A DNA stretch of 41,495 nt from Chitinophagaceae bacterium (lineage in GTDB: Bacteria; Bacteroidota; Bacteroidia; Chitinophagales; Chitinophagaceae): the NCBI GenBank assembly GCA_021738605.1, contig JAIPBY010000001.1, positions 1 to 41,495 of the forward strand, written 5' to 3'. The translations under genes were made by a program, and so were the position numbers. Shown one piece after another: positions 1-10,007 of the stretch (positions are counted from its first letter, which is position 1; each line of letters starts with the position of its first letter). The notes beneath the pieces are model-generated. The model searched no databases, was not told the origin of the DNA, and was given only the letters and a program-made list of their open reading frames with translations.

Positions 1-793
1 ATCTTGCTACCCGGTTGTTATCTGTATAACCAACCAATGCATTGTTATTGGCAGGCCTGTTAAATAGATCACTCGCAGCATAGGTCAAAGTCCTGGCTTT
101 CAACGCAAGAGCAGCACCAACTGTAGGCCTTCCCCAATCTGCATTGGCAATATCAGCCAATTTCAAAGGGAGATTCATGGCGGCAGAATCACAGAGTCTG
201 GTAATGTAATTGACACATTCATTGAAACTATTCCTTTTGACAGTATTCAGGTATTCTGTCTCCTTGAAAATGCTGATCTTATGGTCAACAATTGGAATAC
301 CTCCATAGCGCTTCAGGAGCTCGAAATAATAAAAAGCACGAAGAAATTGAGCTTCTGCCCTCCACATTTTCATGTTACTGACCCTTGCTACATAAGTAAC
401 GGGATCTGGAATTTTATACTCAATAAAAGTTATCGTGTCGGTTCCTTCAGTAAAATCAAAGGTTTTACGAATTCCCTGATAATTCCTTGCCCAACTATCA
501 TCCGGATTTGAATAAATGTTCCAGTTACCTGTGTTGAAATCCTGGATATTATCTGTTTCATTTACATCCTCTGCTTCATCAGATGCAGAAGCGCGCCATG
601 AATTGCCATTTGAATTGTAGCCTTCAGGCAATGAAGTGAACATATTGTTGCGCAACCTTGTCAGGTTACTAAAATTGGTGATAACATCCAAACGAGTTGT
701 CAATGAAAGTGCCTCAGGTTCGAGGTATGAACAACCCGTCTGAATTAAAATAAACAATCCAAATAATAACTTTGATATATTTTTCATTTTCAT
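1..793 (-). CDS. SusD/RagB family nutrient-binding lipoprotein (partial, runs off window start; absent from ORF track)
   Basis: Manual translation from ATG at 793: MKMKNISKLLFGLFILIQTGC (lipoprotein signal) ... AEAQFLRAFYYFELLKRYGGIPIV ... WGRPTVGAALALKARTLTYAAS, classic SusD motifs; directly downstream of a SusC. Confidence 0.92.
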   Translation of the reverse strand, partial: MKMKNISKLLFGLFILIQTGCSYLEPEALSLTTRLDVITNFSNLTRLRNNMFTSLPEGYNSNGNSWRASASDEAEDVNETDNIQDFNTGNWNIYSNPDDSWARNYQGIRKTFDFTEGTDTITFIEYKIPDPVTYVARVSNMKMWRAEAQFLRAFYYFELLKRYGGIPIVDHKISIFKETEYLNTVKRNSFNECVNYITRLCDSAAMNLPLKLADIANADWGRPTVGAALALKARTLTYAASDLFNRPANNNALVGYTDNNRVAR

Positions 794-799
794 TGAATT

Positions 800-3607
800 T
801 TAGAGTTGAATCTTGAATCCCATATTAACAGATCTCATGGTTGGATAACCAGTGATGTTCTCTGGATCTGAATATTTGAATTTATCGATCGTCAACAGAT
901 TCATGCCTCTTACAAAAATCCGAGACATGCCGATTCCTGTTTTCTTCAGGAAAGCATTTGAAAAATTATACCCCAACTCAAGTGAACGTACCTTTATGAA
1001 TTCTCCATTGCGCAACCAAAAACTGGATGTTCTGTAATTGTTGGCATTCTCAAGTGTTGAGAGGCGTGGATACATGGCAGTTGCCTTGGTTTCAGGCGTC
1101 CATGGATGTTGAACAAAGGTTGAGATTTTTTGATTGGAACGAAGTGGGAAGAAGATGTTCCCATAACTGGCGAGGTTGATGTTCCTGTCCATCTGAGCCT
1201 GCAACATGACCTGAAAATCAAATCCGCCAATGTTAAATCCAAGATCGAGTCCAATCTCTTTGGTGGGGATGCTTCCATTACCGATGGGTCCAATATCATA
1301 ATTGTTGACAACTCCATCATTGTTCCTGTCTCTGTATTTGATATCCCCGGGTTGTACAGGTCCAAAGATCTGCTTGGGACTGTTGGCAATATCATTGTCT
1401 GACTCAAAAAATCCCAGTGCCTGAAGTCCATAGGTATAAAAGACTGGACTACCAGTTCTATAAAAATATTCACTACCCGTCGGAACAATTTCTTCAGCCA
1501 TGGCCACAACCTTATCCTTGATAAAGCTCATGTTTACCCTTGCATAAAAACTAGCATTCTTATATTGCTTGCTAAATAGCATGGACAATTCAATACCCCT
1601 GTTACTCACCTCGCCTTTGTTTACACTTGGTAAGGTGGCTCCAAACAAGGCAGGAACTGTTGTGGATTGAGAGGTAAGGATATTTTTTCTGTCTTGCTGA
1701 AACAACACCATTGATAGATCAAGGAGGTTAAAAATTCTTGCATCCAAACCAAGATCATATTGATAGGATTGTTCAAAAGTCAATCCAGGATTGGCTACAA
1801 GACCTTCAGTAACTGTTGAGGCGGCTGCATTCGTATTTCCGAAATAGTAGGCGGATCCTCCAACATATAACTCTCTAAAAGCAAAACGGGTTCCAAGATT
1901 GCTGCTACCAACCATTCCTGCAGATGACCTGATTTTTAGGTAATTAACTGCTTTTGAGGCTTGTTTGGAATTGTTGTCAACCAAAATATATCCTGCCGAA
2001 AGAGCGGGAAACAGACCAAATCTTTCTCCTTTGGCAAAAGCCTCAGTACCACCATAAGAGGCAGTTAAGTCAGCAAAGAATTTATTTTTATATCCATAGT
2101 GCACCCTTGAATTAACAGATTGCATGTTGTAGGGATTTTCCCTGCCAACGATTTGACGCGTCTGGTTATAAAGGGCAATAAAATCGATGGAATGATTGCT
2201 CCCAAATTTCTTTGTATAGTTTAGATAAAACTCAGCTGTACCTCTCCTGTTTTGTGCGTCACTGTAGGGAGAATTGTATGCAAGGTTGGTATTGTTGCCA
2301 ATAGTGGCTCCAATGATTGGCTTACCAGTCAAGGGATCTTTGGTGGTCTGGTAAACTGAAAATGTTTTGGACCATCCATCGGTAACGGTATAGTAATTGT
2401 CAAATCCAACGCGTGCTCCAAGACTCAATCCAGCAATATATTTGGATGCATCATATTTGAGGTCGAGATCGGATTGAAAAAAACGGTTGTGCGTCTCTCT
2501 GTAACCACGGTTGTTGATATACCCAAATGGATTGTCTGGGAAGGCAGATGTTCCACCCAACAAACCAGATTGAGCATATACAGGAAAAAGATGCGTGGGA
2601 TAATCATATAATCTGTTCCAGATATCTGAAGTAGCCATACGGGGCGCATTCAGATCATTCACCTGTCCACCCAGATTGAGCTTTAAGGTCAGATCGTTCA
2701 AAATATTCACGTCTATATTTGACCTGAAGTTTAATCTGTCCAATGATGAATTTGTGCTATAACCTTCATTTAGTTCAGTATTTTTATAAATGCCTGAATT
2801 CTTCAAATACCCCAAGGAGACATAATAATGAGCAACTTTGTTTCCACCGGATGAACTGACGTTGATTGAAGTAACAGGTGCATTGTTCTTGATTGTTTCC
2901 TTCATCCAATCCACATCGGGATAAAGTCTTCTATCACCATCCGTATACCCTACAATATCAGCAGCAGTAAACAATGTGGGTAGTTTGTCATTCACCAAAG
3001 CCTGATTGTACATCTTGGCAAAATCAGCAGAATGATAAAACTGGGGCAACCTTGTTGGTGATTGGAAACCAGATGAAAAATCTACCGTAACTTTTGACTT
3101 TCCAGGTTGACCTGCCTTGGTTGTAACGAGAATTACACCGTTGGCACCTTGAATCCCATACATAGCCGTTGATGCTGCATCTTTCAGCACAGATATTTTA
3201 TCAACGTCAAAAACTGAAACAGAATTTAAATCCCTGATAAATCCATCAACAAGTACCAATGGTGCTCTTGCATAACCAAATGTAGTGACACCCCTCAATG
3301 AAAATCCAGGAAGATCATTTCCAGGCTCTCCGCTGTTTTGATCAACAATCATACCAGGCACCTTACCATACAAGGTGTTCCCCAAAGAAAAAACCATATT
3401 CTTTTCTATGTCTTTTCCAGTTATTGATGATACTGAGCCAGTCACTTCTCTTTTCGATAAGAGACCATAAGCAATAACCTGTTGGGCTGAGGCAATTTGC
3501 AATACAGAATCTTTTACAGCTGTTTTTTGTGCCTGTAATTCCGCACTAAACAGGGCTAACGAGGCAAATGACAGAAAACTGAAATATTGTTTAAACAGTC
3601 GTTTCAT
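800..3607 (-). CDS. SusC/RagA family TonB-dependent transporter (short form)
   Basis: Plug motif ISVLKDAASTAMYGIQGANGVILVTTK, PGDIKYRDRNNDG, C-terminal beta strand. Start moved to MKRLFKQY (3607), which gives a signal peptide and removes overlap with the upstream susD. Confidence 0.93.
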   Translation of the reverse strand: MKRLFKQYFSFLSFASLALFSAELQAQKTAVKDSVLQIASAQQVIAYGLLSKREVTGSVSSITGKDIEKNMVFSLGNTLYGKVPGMIVDQNSGEPGNDLPGFSLRGVTTFGYARAPLVLVDGFIRDLNSVSVFDVDKISVLKDAASTAMYGIQGANGVILVTTKAGQPGKSKVTVDFSSGFQSPTRLPQFYHSADFAKMYNQALVNDKLPTLFTAADIVGYTDGDRRLYPDVDWMKETIKNNAPVTSINVSSSGGNKVAHYYVSLGYLKNSGIYKNTELNEGYSTNSSLDRLNFRSNIDVNILNDLTLKLNLGGQVNDLNAPRMATSDIWNRLYDYPTHLFPVYAQSGLLGGTSAFPDNPFGYINNRGYRETHNRFFQSDLDLKYDASKYIAGLSLGARVGFDNYYTVTDGWSKTFSVYQTTKDPLTGKPIIGATIGNNTNLAYNSPYSDAQNRRGTAEFYLNYTKKFGSNHSIDFIALYNQTRQIVGRENPYNMQSVNSRVHYGYKNKFFADLTASYGGTEAFAKGERFGLFPALSAGYILVDNNSKQASKAVNYLKIRSSAGMVGSSNLGTRFAFRELYVGGSAYYFGNTNAAASTVTEGLVANPGLTFEQSYQYDLGLDARIFNLLDLSMVLFQQDRKNILTSQSTTVPALFGATLPSVNKGEVSNRGIELSMLFSKQYKNASFYARVNMSFIKDKVVAMAEEIVPTGSEYFYRTGSPVFYTYGLQALGFFESDNDIANSPKQIFGPVQPGDIKYRDRNNDGVVNNYDIGPIGNGSIPTKEIGLDLGFNIGGFDFQVMLQAQMDRNINLASYGNIFFPLRSNQKISTFVQHPWTPETKATAMYPRLSTLENANNYRTSSFWLRNGEFIKVRSLELGYNFSNAFLKKTGIGMSRIFVRGMNLLTIDKFKYSDPENITGYPTMRSVNMGFKIQL

Positions 3608-3641
3608 TTTAACTTTCTTTAATATTTTATCTGGAATTAGC

Positions 3642-5408
3642 TTACCAACCTGGATTTTGTACCAGGCCATACCCCTTGTTCACCTCATTGTAAGGGAAAG
3701 GATGCAAATACCAGTGTGGGAACCATGCCCTGTCATGATACTTATACTTGGTATAGGTATAGGTTGAATTTTTCTGCTTGATGACCCTCAGATCATATAT
3801 AGGACCTTTGAAAACATCGCCGATCATGAGTCGTTTCACATCAAAATAGCGATGGTTTTCCAAATAGAGTTCAACGCTACGCTCGTTTTCAATGTACTTT
3901 CTCAAACCTGTCTGATCAAGCGATTTAGAAACAACAGGCATTCCAGAGCGGGTACGAATAACATCCAGCGCTGCAAACACCTCGGCACTTGGCCCATTGG
4001 CTTCATTGGATGCTTCGGCAAGAATAAGGTACATCTCTGCCAAACGCATGTAAGGACTCATCGGCGTCCAAATACCACTTGCTTCAAAACCATTCAACCA
4101 TTTACGGGTAAAATATGCGAACTGGGTCTTTGCAGATATCGGACCATTCCTTCCATTGGCAACACTTGCATCAACACCATCATAAATTTCAAGGCTATAC
4201 GTAGGATTGGTAGTCACCCACAAACATCCATTGTAGGCCACAGAAATATGAAACCTTGGGTCAAGTTTTTTATATGGGGATGTTGGATCGTTTGCAGGAG
4301 TAGTGATTGTTGAATTCCAATTGACAGTAGTTCCGTCTGTATTTTGGTATTTTTCAATATGATTCTGGGTTGGCTCCGTAGCGGCATATCCACCCATGTT
4401 CGTTCCACGGCCCAGCCAATACAACTTTGATTGATTGATGGATTGAAAAGTTCCATACATGACCTCTGTATTTCCAGCTTTGGGAACGTCTTCACAGGCA
4501 ACTTTATAATTTCGGGTTGGACCAAAACTCTTCACAATACCATACCCATTTTGCTCGCAATAGGCAATGGCTTCGCGCGCTGCCTTGGCAGCAGAAGCCC
4601 ACAAATTCTTGTCATATTTCATCAAACAAATCAACTTGTTGTTGGCTCCCAAATCCTGATAAGGCTTGTCTGTATTGAACAATGGGCTCGCAGCATAAAG
4701 CAAGGTCCGGGCTTTGAGTCCATATGCAAAGGCCTTGGTCAGCCTTCCAAATTCCTTTTCATCAGGAACTTTTGCAGGAAAAAATTGACTGGCAATTGCC
4801 TCATCGCAGAGATTGATGATGTGCTTATACACAGAATCAAGCGATGCTCTAGGAATGACAAATTCCTCAGCGTCATTCAATGGCTTTGTAACAATGGGAA
4901 CACCACCATATCGTTTGAACATTTCAAAATATTCAAGCGCCATTACAGCAGCACATTCGGCTTTGATCCTTCCCTTGACATCAGCAGGCGCATCTGGAAC
5001 CCTATCGATGTTCTCTTTCAAAATCAAAGCCTTTCGGATGGTCTTCCAATGGTTGTCATACACATCCTCACCATTGGTTCCATTCACGGTAAACCAGGTG
5101 GAGTTGATGCTTCCAGCGTATACATTGTTTGCAGTGTAACCGTTTTGTGCAGTAAAACAGATGGCCTCATCTGTAATGGTAGATACTGAGGTTGAACCCA
5201 GTTTTCCATTCAATGCTGTTGCAAGCGCACGTCCTTGGAATTGGTAAAGATCAAAAATAAGACGTTCAGCATTCTGGTATTTTGAGAATACAGAATCCGT
5301 GTTGAACGAAGTTTGTGCAGGCATCTCTAAATACTTTTTGCAAGAGTTGAGACCCAACAAAATGGATGCAAGGAAAACGATGAGATAAAAAGGTATTTTA
5401 ATCTTCAT
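3642..5408 (-). CDS. SusD/RagB family lipoprotein
   Basis: Lipobox LNSC; YFEMFKRYGGVPIV; MRLAEMYLILAEA; ERSVELYLENHRYFDVKR; C-terminal QNPGW. Confidence 0.95.
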   Translation of the reverse strand: MKIKIPFYLIVFLASILLGLNSCKKYLEMPAQTSFNTDSVFSKYQNAERLIFDLYQFQGRALATALNGKLGSTSVSTITDEAICFTAQNGYTANNVYAGSINSTWFTVNGTNGEDVYDNHWKTIRKALILKENIDRVPDAPADVKGRIKAECAAVMALEYFEMFKRYGGVPIVTKPLNDAEEFVIPRASLDSVYKHIINLCDEAIASQFFPAKVPDEKEFGRLTKAFAYGLKARTLLYAASPLFNTDKPYQDLGANNKLICLMKYDKNLWASAAKAAREAIAYCEQNGYGIVKSFGPTRNYKVACEDVPKAGNTEVMYGTFQSINQSKLYWLGRGTNMGGYAATEPTQNHIEKYQNTDGTTVNWNSTITTPANDPTSPYKKLDPRFHISVAYNGCLWVTTNPTYSLEIYDGVDASVANGRNGPISAKTQFAYFTRKWLNGFEASGIWTPMSPYMRLAEMYLILAEASNEANGPSAEVFAALDVIRTRSGMPVVSKSLDQTGLRKYIENERSVELYLENHRYFDVKRLMIGDVFKGPIYDLRVIKQKNSTYTYTKYKYHDRAWFPHWYLHPFPYNEVNKGYGLVQNPGW

Positions 5409-5419
5409 GGTAATTAAAT

Positions 5420-8400
5420 TTAAAATTGAAGGTTTACACCAAAATTGAAAACCTTCAATTGTGGATAGGTCATAGAGCCAGATGCTACATTCTCAGGATC
5501 AATAAATTTGAGCGTGTCGAATGTGAGCAGGTTTTGTCCGCTTACAAACAACCTCATTGAGTTTGCCCCAATTTTATTCAGGAATGAACCTTTGAGGTTG
5601 TAGGCCACTTGCACATTGCGCAGGCGCAAATAAGAAGCATCCCTTATCCAAAGTGATGAGTTATAGTAATTGGTCAAATCAGCATAGTTCAGTGTCAAGC
5701 GGGGAATCTTTGCATTGGCATTGTTGTCCGGGCTTCCTGCATACCATCTGTCTTTGATGAAGCCCATGGCTGATCCATATGCGCTGAAAGGCAGAAGGGC
5801 ATTGAAACCAAGACTCATGCTCATGTTAGCGGCACCCTGAAACAAGAAACTGACATCAAGATTTTTATAGGTAAATCCTCCAGAAAATCCGTAGTTGATT
5901 TCAGGGAATGAAGGATTCATGATCGGACTTCTGTCGTTCACATCCACAATCCCATCGCCAGTCAAATCAGCGTATTTCACATCACCAGGGCGTTGGTTCA
6001 TGTTGAACTGCCTTGGCCACTTGTTGATATCATCCTGGCTGTTGAAGAAGCCCATGAATTGATATCCAAATACTTCACCAACACGCTGGCCCGTTTGGTT
6101 GAGCAGCGGATATTGGTTGTTGTAGGCCTCATCCATGAAAAGGATCTTGTTGCGGGCAAAAGAATAATTACCACGGAGATAATAACTGGTTTTTCCAATC
6201 ATGTCTGACCAGCCCAACTCAATTTCATAACCGCCATTCTTTACTCGGCCAATATTATAAGCATCTTGCAATACTGCCGCCACATGGATAGGAACGGTTC
6301 TCCTTGCTGTCAAAATATTGGAACGTTCTTCTCGGAAATAATCAATGTTTAAAGACAACTTGTTCTTAAGGAACCTGAATTCTGCAGCATAGTTCTGCTT
6401 CAGTGATTTCTCCCAGGTAACATTGGGGTTACCCAACTTACCCTCATACAATCCAGAACGGCTAACGGGATCCTCTCCAAAAATTGCTCCGCCTCCACCG
6501 AGGTATTCACTGGGGAAGTACATGAAACGCAGTGATCCCATTCTGTCATTTCCCACAAAACCATAAGATGAGCGAAGCTTCAGGTATGAAAGGAAATTTT
6601 CACCAATGGCTTTTTTCACGAAAGGTTCATTGGTGACGACCCAACCTGCAGAAACTGCGGGGAACCATCCGAACCTGCTGTTCACAGGGAAGTTTTCAGA
6701 ACCATTCCTACCCATGTTGAACTCGAGCATGTATTTTTGGGCATAGTTGTAGGTGAAACGGGTTATAAAATCCTGATAACCCAAAGGAATACCAGGATAA
6801 GAAAGCGAGTGATAGAATTGTTTACGCTGGGTATACAGCAACAACCCACTCACTGCGTGTTTTCCAAATGTATTGTTGTACTCCAATGCAGATTCCAGGT
6901 ATACACGCTTTGATCTCGAAAAACTTTCTGATGGGTCGTTCAATACCCCATCCTCACCGGATTGTCTCAAAATTGGATCAAGGATGCCGTCACCGTTGAC
7001 ATCCACTTTTTCTGCTGCATATCTAGCAAAACTCCTGGAAAATCCTCTGCTCTGTCCATATTCACTGTCATATGCACCCATTACTCTTCCTGACAATCCC
7101 TTCAACAGGAAATCAAACTTTTGCTTCAAACCCACATTTAAATTCAAGACACTATTGGAATAACGATCAAATCCATCAAACAAGGCACTCAATGCGTTTC
7201 TTCCATTGGCCCTTGCCAGCGTCACGAATTTTCCGTCCCACATGCCTGCAGTACCATTGGTAGCAGCGGCCAATATGTCGAGAAATGGTGAACCACCTGG
7301 AGAACTTCTGTTCGATGTAAAACCTCCAATCTGAACATTGGCCTTGGTGGTTTTTGAAATATCCAATTCCAGGTTAGAACGGAAATTGAATTTTTTATAC
7401 AAATCATTGTTGTTGTACTCTTTTACGAACTGCTTCCACAATCCCTCTTGCCCTAAATAACCAAAGGAAACAAAATACTTAGCAACACTGGTACCTCCAG
7501 AAATATTTACGTTATGTTGTTGCTGTGGAGCATAGTCATTCATCATAAAATCCAACCAGTCAATGTCTGGATAAAACAAAGGATCACTACCATCCTTAAA
7601 TTTTTGTAATTCATCTTTGGTAAACATAGGCGCAACCAATGGGTTATCATTCAACTGGGCTTCCACCTGAAGCACTGAAAAATCATACCCATTAAGAAAT
7701 TTGGGTAACCGGGTGGGTACCTGAACAGCATAGTTTCCGCTGTAATTTACCTTAGCAGGACCTTCTTTTCCTTTGAGCGTGGTAACCAGGATTACACCAT
7801 TGGCACCACGTATTCCATACACTGCTGTAGAGGCAGCATCCTTCAATACTGAAATAGACTCAACCTCGTTTGGATCGATGCGTGAAAATGGTCTTTCTAC
7901 ACCATCAACCAAAACCAAAGGAGCAGCGTTCCCGTTATCCAAGGTTCCAATTCCCCGGATCCTCAAGGTTGTTTCGTCATTACCAGGTTGTCCACTTCTT
8001 TGAACCGATAACAGCCCAGGTACCCGACCTACAACTGCTGCGGTAAGGTTCGGCACAGGGGATTTGATCAAGTCTGCACCCTTTACGGTTGAAATAGCAC
8101 CAGTAACTGTAGCCTTTTTTTGACTGGAATATCCCACCACAACAACCTGGTCCATGTTTGATGCAGACGGTACAAGTGTGATGTTGTAGTTATTTAAAGT
8201 TCCAACCCTCACCTCCTGGGATTCGTATCCCACATAACTAATGATGATAATTGACGCAGGACCTTCAACTTCAATTGAAAAACTGCCATCAGCAGCAGAT
8301 TGGGTTGAATTTTTTGATCCTTTTTCTGTAATGGTACACCCGGCCAGTGCTTCGCCCCTTTCATTCAACAATTTACCCTTGATTACATTGCGTAATGGAC

Positions 8401-8548
8401 TTACATCAAAATCTGGGTCATTTGAATGGTAAAAAGCGTATGCCGGAGAAGAATTCAAACTGGCAGCAAAAAAGAAAATCATCAAATGCTTGATTGCTCT
8501 CCCTTGGGCCATGTGTTTACAATTGAAAAAGTTGGTTAACATTTTCAT
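5420..8548 (-). CDS. SusC/RagA family TonB-dependent transporter with N-terminal carboxypeptidase-regulatory-like domain
   Basis: IKGKLLNERGEALAG...ISYVGY N-terminal domain; VVVVGY; SISVLKDAASTAVYGIRGANGVILVTT; C-terminal Phe. Start uncertain (ATG at 8548, 8542 or later). Confidence 0.95.
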   Translation of the reverse strand: MKMLTNFFNCKHMAQGRAIKHLMIFFFAASLNSSPAYAFYHSNDPDFDVSPLRNVIKGKLLNERGEALAGCTITEKGSKNSTQSAADGSFSIEVEGPASIIIISYVGYESQEVRVGTLNNYNITLVPSASNMDQVVVVGYSSQKKATVTGAISTVKGADLIKSPVPNLTAAVVGRVPGLLSVQRSGQPGNDETTLRIRGIGTLDNGNAAPLVLVDGVERPFSRIDPNEVESISVLKDAASTAVYGIRGANGVILVTTLKGKEGPAKVNYSGNYAVQVPTRLPKFLNGYDFSVLQVEAQLNDNPLVAPMFTKDELQKFKDGSDPLFYPDIDWLDFMMNDYAPQQQHNVNISGGTSVAKYFVSFGYLGQEGLWKQFVKEYNNNDLYKKFNFRSNLELDISKTTKANVQIGGFTSNRSSPGGSPFLDILAAATNGTAGMWDGKFVTLARANGRNALSALFDGFDRYSNSVLNLNVGLKQKFDFLLKGLSGRVMGAYDSEYGQSRGFSRSFARYAAEKVDVNGDGILDPILRQSGEDGVLNDPSESFSRSKRVYLESALEYNNTFGKHAVSGLLLYTQRKQFYHSLSYPGIPLGYQDFITRFTYNYAQKYMLEFNMGRNGSENFPVNSRFGWFPAVSAGWVVTNEPFVKKAIGENFLSYLKLRSSYGFVGNDRMGSLRFMYFPSEYLGGGGAIFGEDPVSRSGLYEGKLGNPNVTWEKSLKQNYAAEFRFLKNKLSLNIDYFREERSNILTARRTVPIHVAAVLQDAYNIGRVKNGGYEIELGWSDMIGKTSYYLRGNYSFARNKILFMDEAYNNQYPLLNQTGQRVGEVFGYQFMGFFNSQDDINKWPRQFNMNQRPGDVKYADLTGDGIVDVNDRSPIMNPSFPEINYGFSGGFTYKNLDVSFLFQGAANMSMSLGFNALLPFSAYGSAMGFIKDRWYAGSPDNNANAKIPRLTLNYADLTNYYNSSLWIRDASYLRLRNVQVAYNLKGSFLNKIGANSMRLFVSGQNLLTFDTLKFIDPENVASGSMTYPQLKVFNFGVNLQF

Positions 8549-8770
8549 GGCATTAAATTGTAAAATGAAGAATGAGAAATTTTCTGAGTTCGGCAATGGT
8601 CTGTTGCAAAAAAAAGGTTTGCAACTTCAGTTGTTCTTTTCATACTAAAACAAGCAGTTTATGGCAGTTAAAGAGATAGATATTTGGCAGTGCACACCAA
8701 AATAGTTCTTCAAAATATTGCGTAAATATCGATTTAACAATATATTGTGCAAGGAATTATCCACATAAAC

Positions 8771-8802
8771 TATCGAAATTGATTGCGATAACGTTTGCGA
8801 TA
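8771..8802. promoter_or_regulatory. Probable LacI-family operators (two overlapping imperfect palindromes)
   Basis: TATCGAAATTGATTGCGATA (8771-8790) and GCGATAACGTTTGCGATA (8785-8802) share the TTGCGATA half-site and lie between the divergent susC and lacI-type genes. Confidence 0.6.
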
Positions 8803-8819
8803 GATATAAAACTTTTCTG

Positions 8820-9980
8820 ATGCCAAGAGCAAAATGTCCTAAATGCCAGAAAATAGAGAGAATCCTAAAATCTGGAATTATCAGAGGGAAACAACGCTTC
8901 TACTGTAAGGATTGTAATTATCATTTTACCCTCGTCCATGAAAGCAGAAAACAAAAGACCGAGGCAAGAAAAAACAATGATAAAACATCTTTAAAGGACA
9001 TTGCAAATGCAGCAGGTGTTTCCATTTCAACTGTATCAAGGGCTCTCAATGAACATCCAGACATCAGCATTGAAACAAGGATGGCCATCAAAACGTTGGC
9101 CAAAACAATGGATTATCAGCCCAATCTGCTTGCGCAAAGTCTTGTCAACCGCTCTACACATACCATTGGCGTAATCATCCCCAATCTGGAAACCACTTTT
9201 TTTTCCTCCATGCTCGGTGGCATTCAACATATTGCAGCCCAATCAGGATACCGCGTGGTGATCTGTCAATCTGATGAGAGCCACACCATTGAGGTTGCTA
9301 ACTTGCAGGCATTGATGAACAATATGATTGATGGCTTGCTGATTTGTCATACCCTTAACACCACCAATTTTGACCACCTGAAAATGCAGATAAACCGGGG
9401 TATTCCGATTGTACAATTTTACCGTGTCTCTGATAACCTTGACATACCAAAGGTTTACAGTGATGACGAGAGCGGAGCATTCCAAATTACAGAACATTTG
9501 ATCAAGAAAGGATCAAAAAAAATCGGGTTGTTGCTGGGGCCAAAGGCCTTGTCCATCAACAAGCGTTTGAATGGATACCTTAAAGCATTAAACCTTCATG
9601 GAATTGAAATAGATGATAAGCTGATCAAGCATGTTGATTTTAGCTACAATGCAGTCATTAAAGCTGTAGATGAATGGCTGGAAATGGAGCCTGCAATTGA
9701 TGCCATATTTTCCATTTCAGACAAATGTGCAGTGCAAATCATTCGTTATTTGAAGAGCAAAAAAATAATAATCCCGAACATGATCAGTGTTTGCGGATTT
9801 GGCAATGAATATACGGGAGAAATTGTTGAACCACAGCTCACCACCTTTGATGTTAAGACAAGAGAAATAGGTGAAGCGGCAGTCAAATTATTGTTGGACC
9901 AAATCATTCAAAAAACGTCAAAGATCAAAAAACAAATGATCAAGGGAAGCCTGATTGTGAGGGAGTCTACTGATAAATAA
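8820..9980 (+). CDS. LacI-family transcriptional regulator with N-terminal InsA-like Cys4 zinc ribbon
   Basis: LacI HTH SLKDIANAAGVSISTVSRALN, hinge YQPNLLAQSL and sugar-binding domain, preceded by CPKC...GIIRGKQRFYCKDC. Confidence 0.92.
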   Translation: MPRAKCPKCQKIERILKSGIIRGKQRFYCKDCNYHFTLVHESRKQKTEARKNNDKTSLKDIANAAGVSISTVSRALNEHPDISIETRMAIKTLAKTMDYQPNLLAQSLVNRSTHTIGVIIPNLETTFFSSMLGGIQHIAAQSGYRVVICQSDESHTIEVANLQALMNNMIDGLLICHTLNTTNFDHLKMQINRGIPIVQFYRVSDNLDIPKVYSDDESGAFQITEHLIKKGSKKIGLLLGPKALSINKRLNGYLKALNLHGIEIDDKLIKHVDFSYNAVIKAVDEWLEMEPAIDAIFSISDKCAVQIIRYLKSKKIIIPNMISVCGFGNEYTGEIVEPQLTTFDVKTREIGEAAVKLLLDQIIQKTSKIKKQMIKGSLIVRESTDK

Positions 9981-10007
9981 AACAGGGCTTGATGTAACAC
10001 CATTAAC

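Noticed and set aside
4431-5189. 252-aa antisense ORF and the many other 60-180 aa ORFs nested in long genes
   Set aside because: Shadow frames of well-supported genes with no recognisable motifs.
8820-8940. Intact IS1 element
   Set aside because: No catalytic transposase ORF or terminal inverted repeats seen; the ribbon is in frame with LacI.
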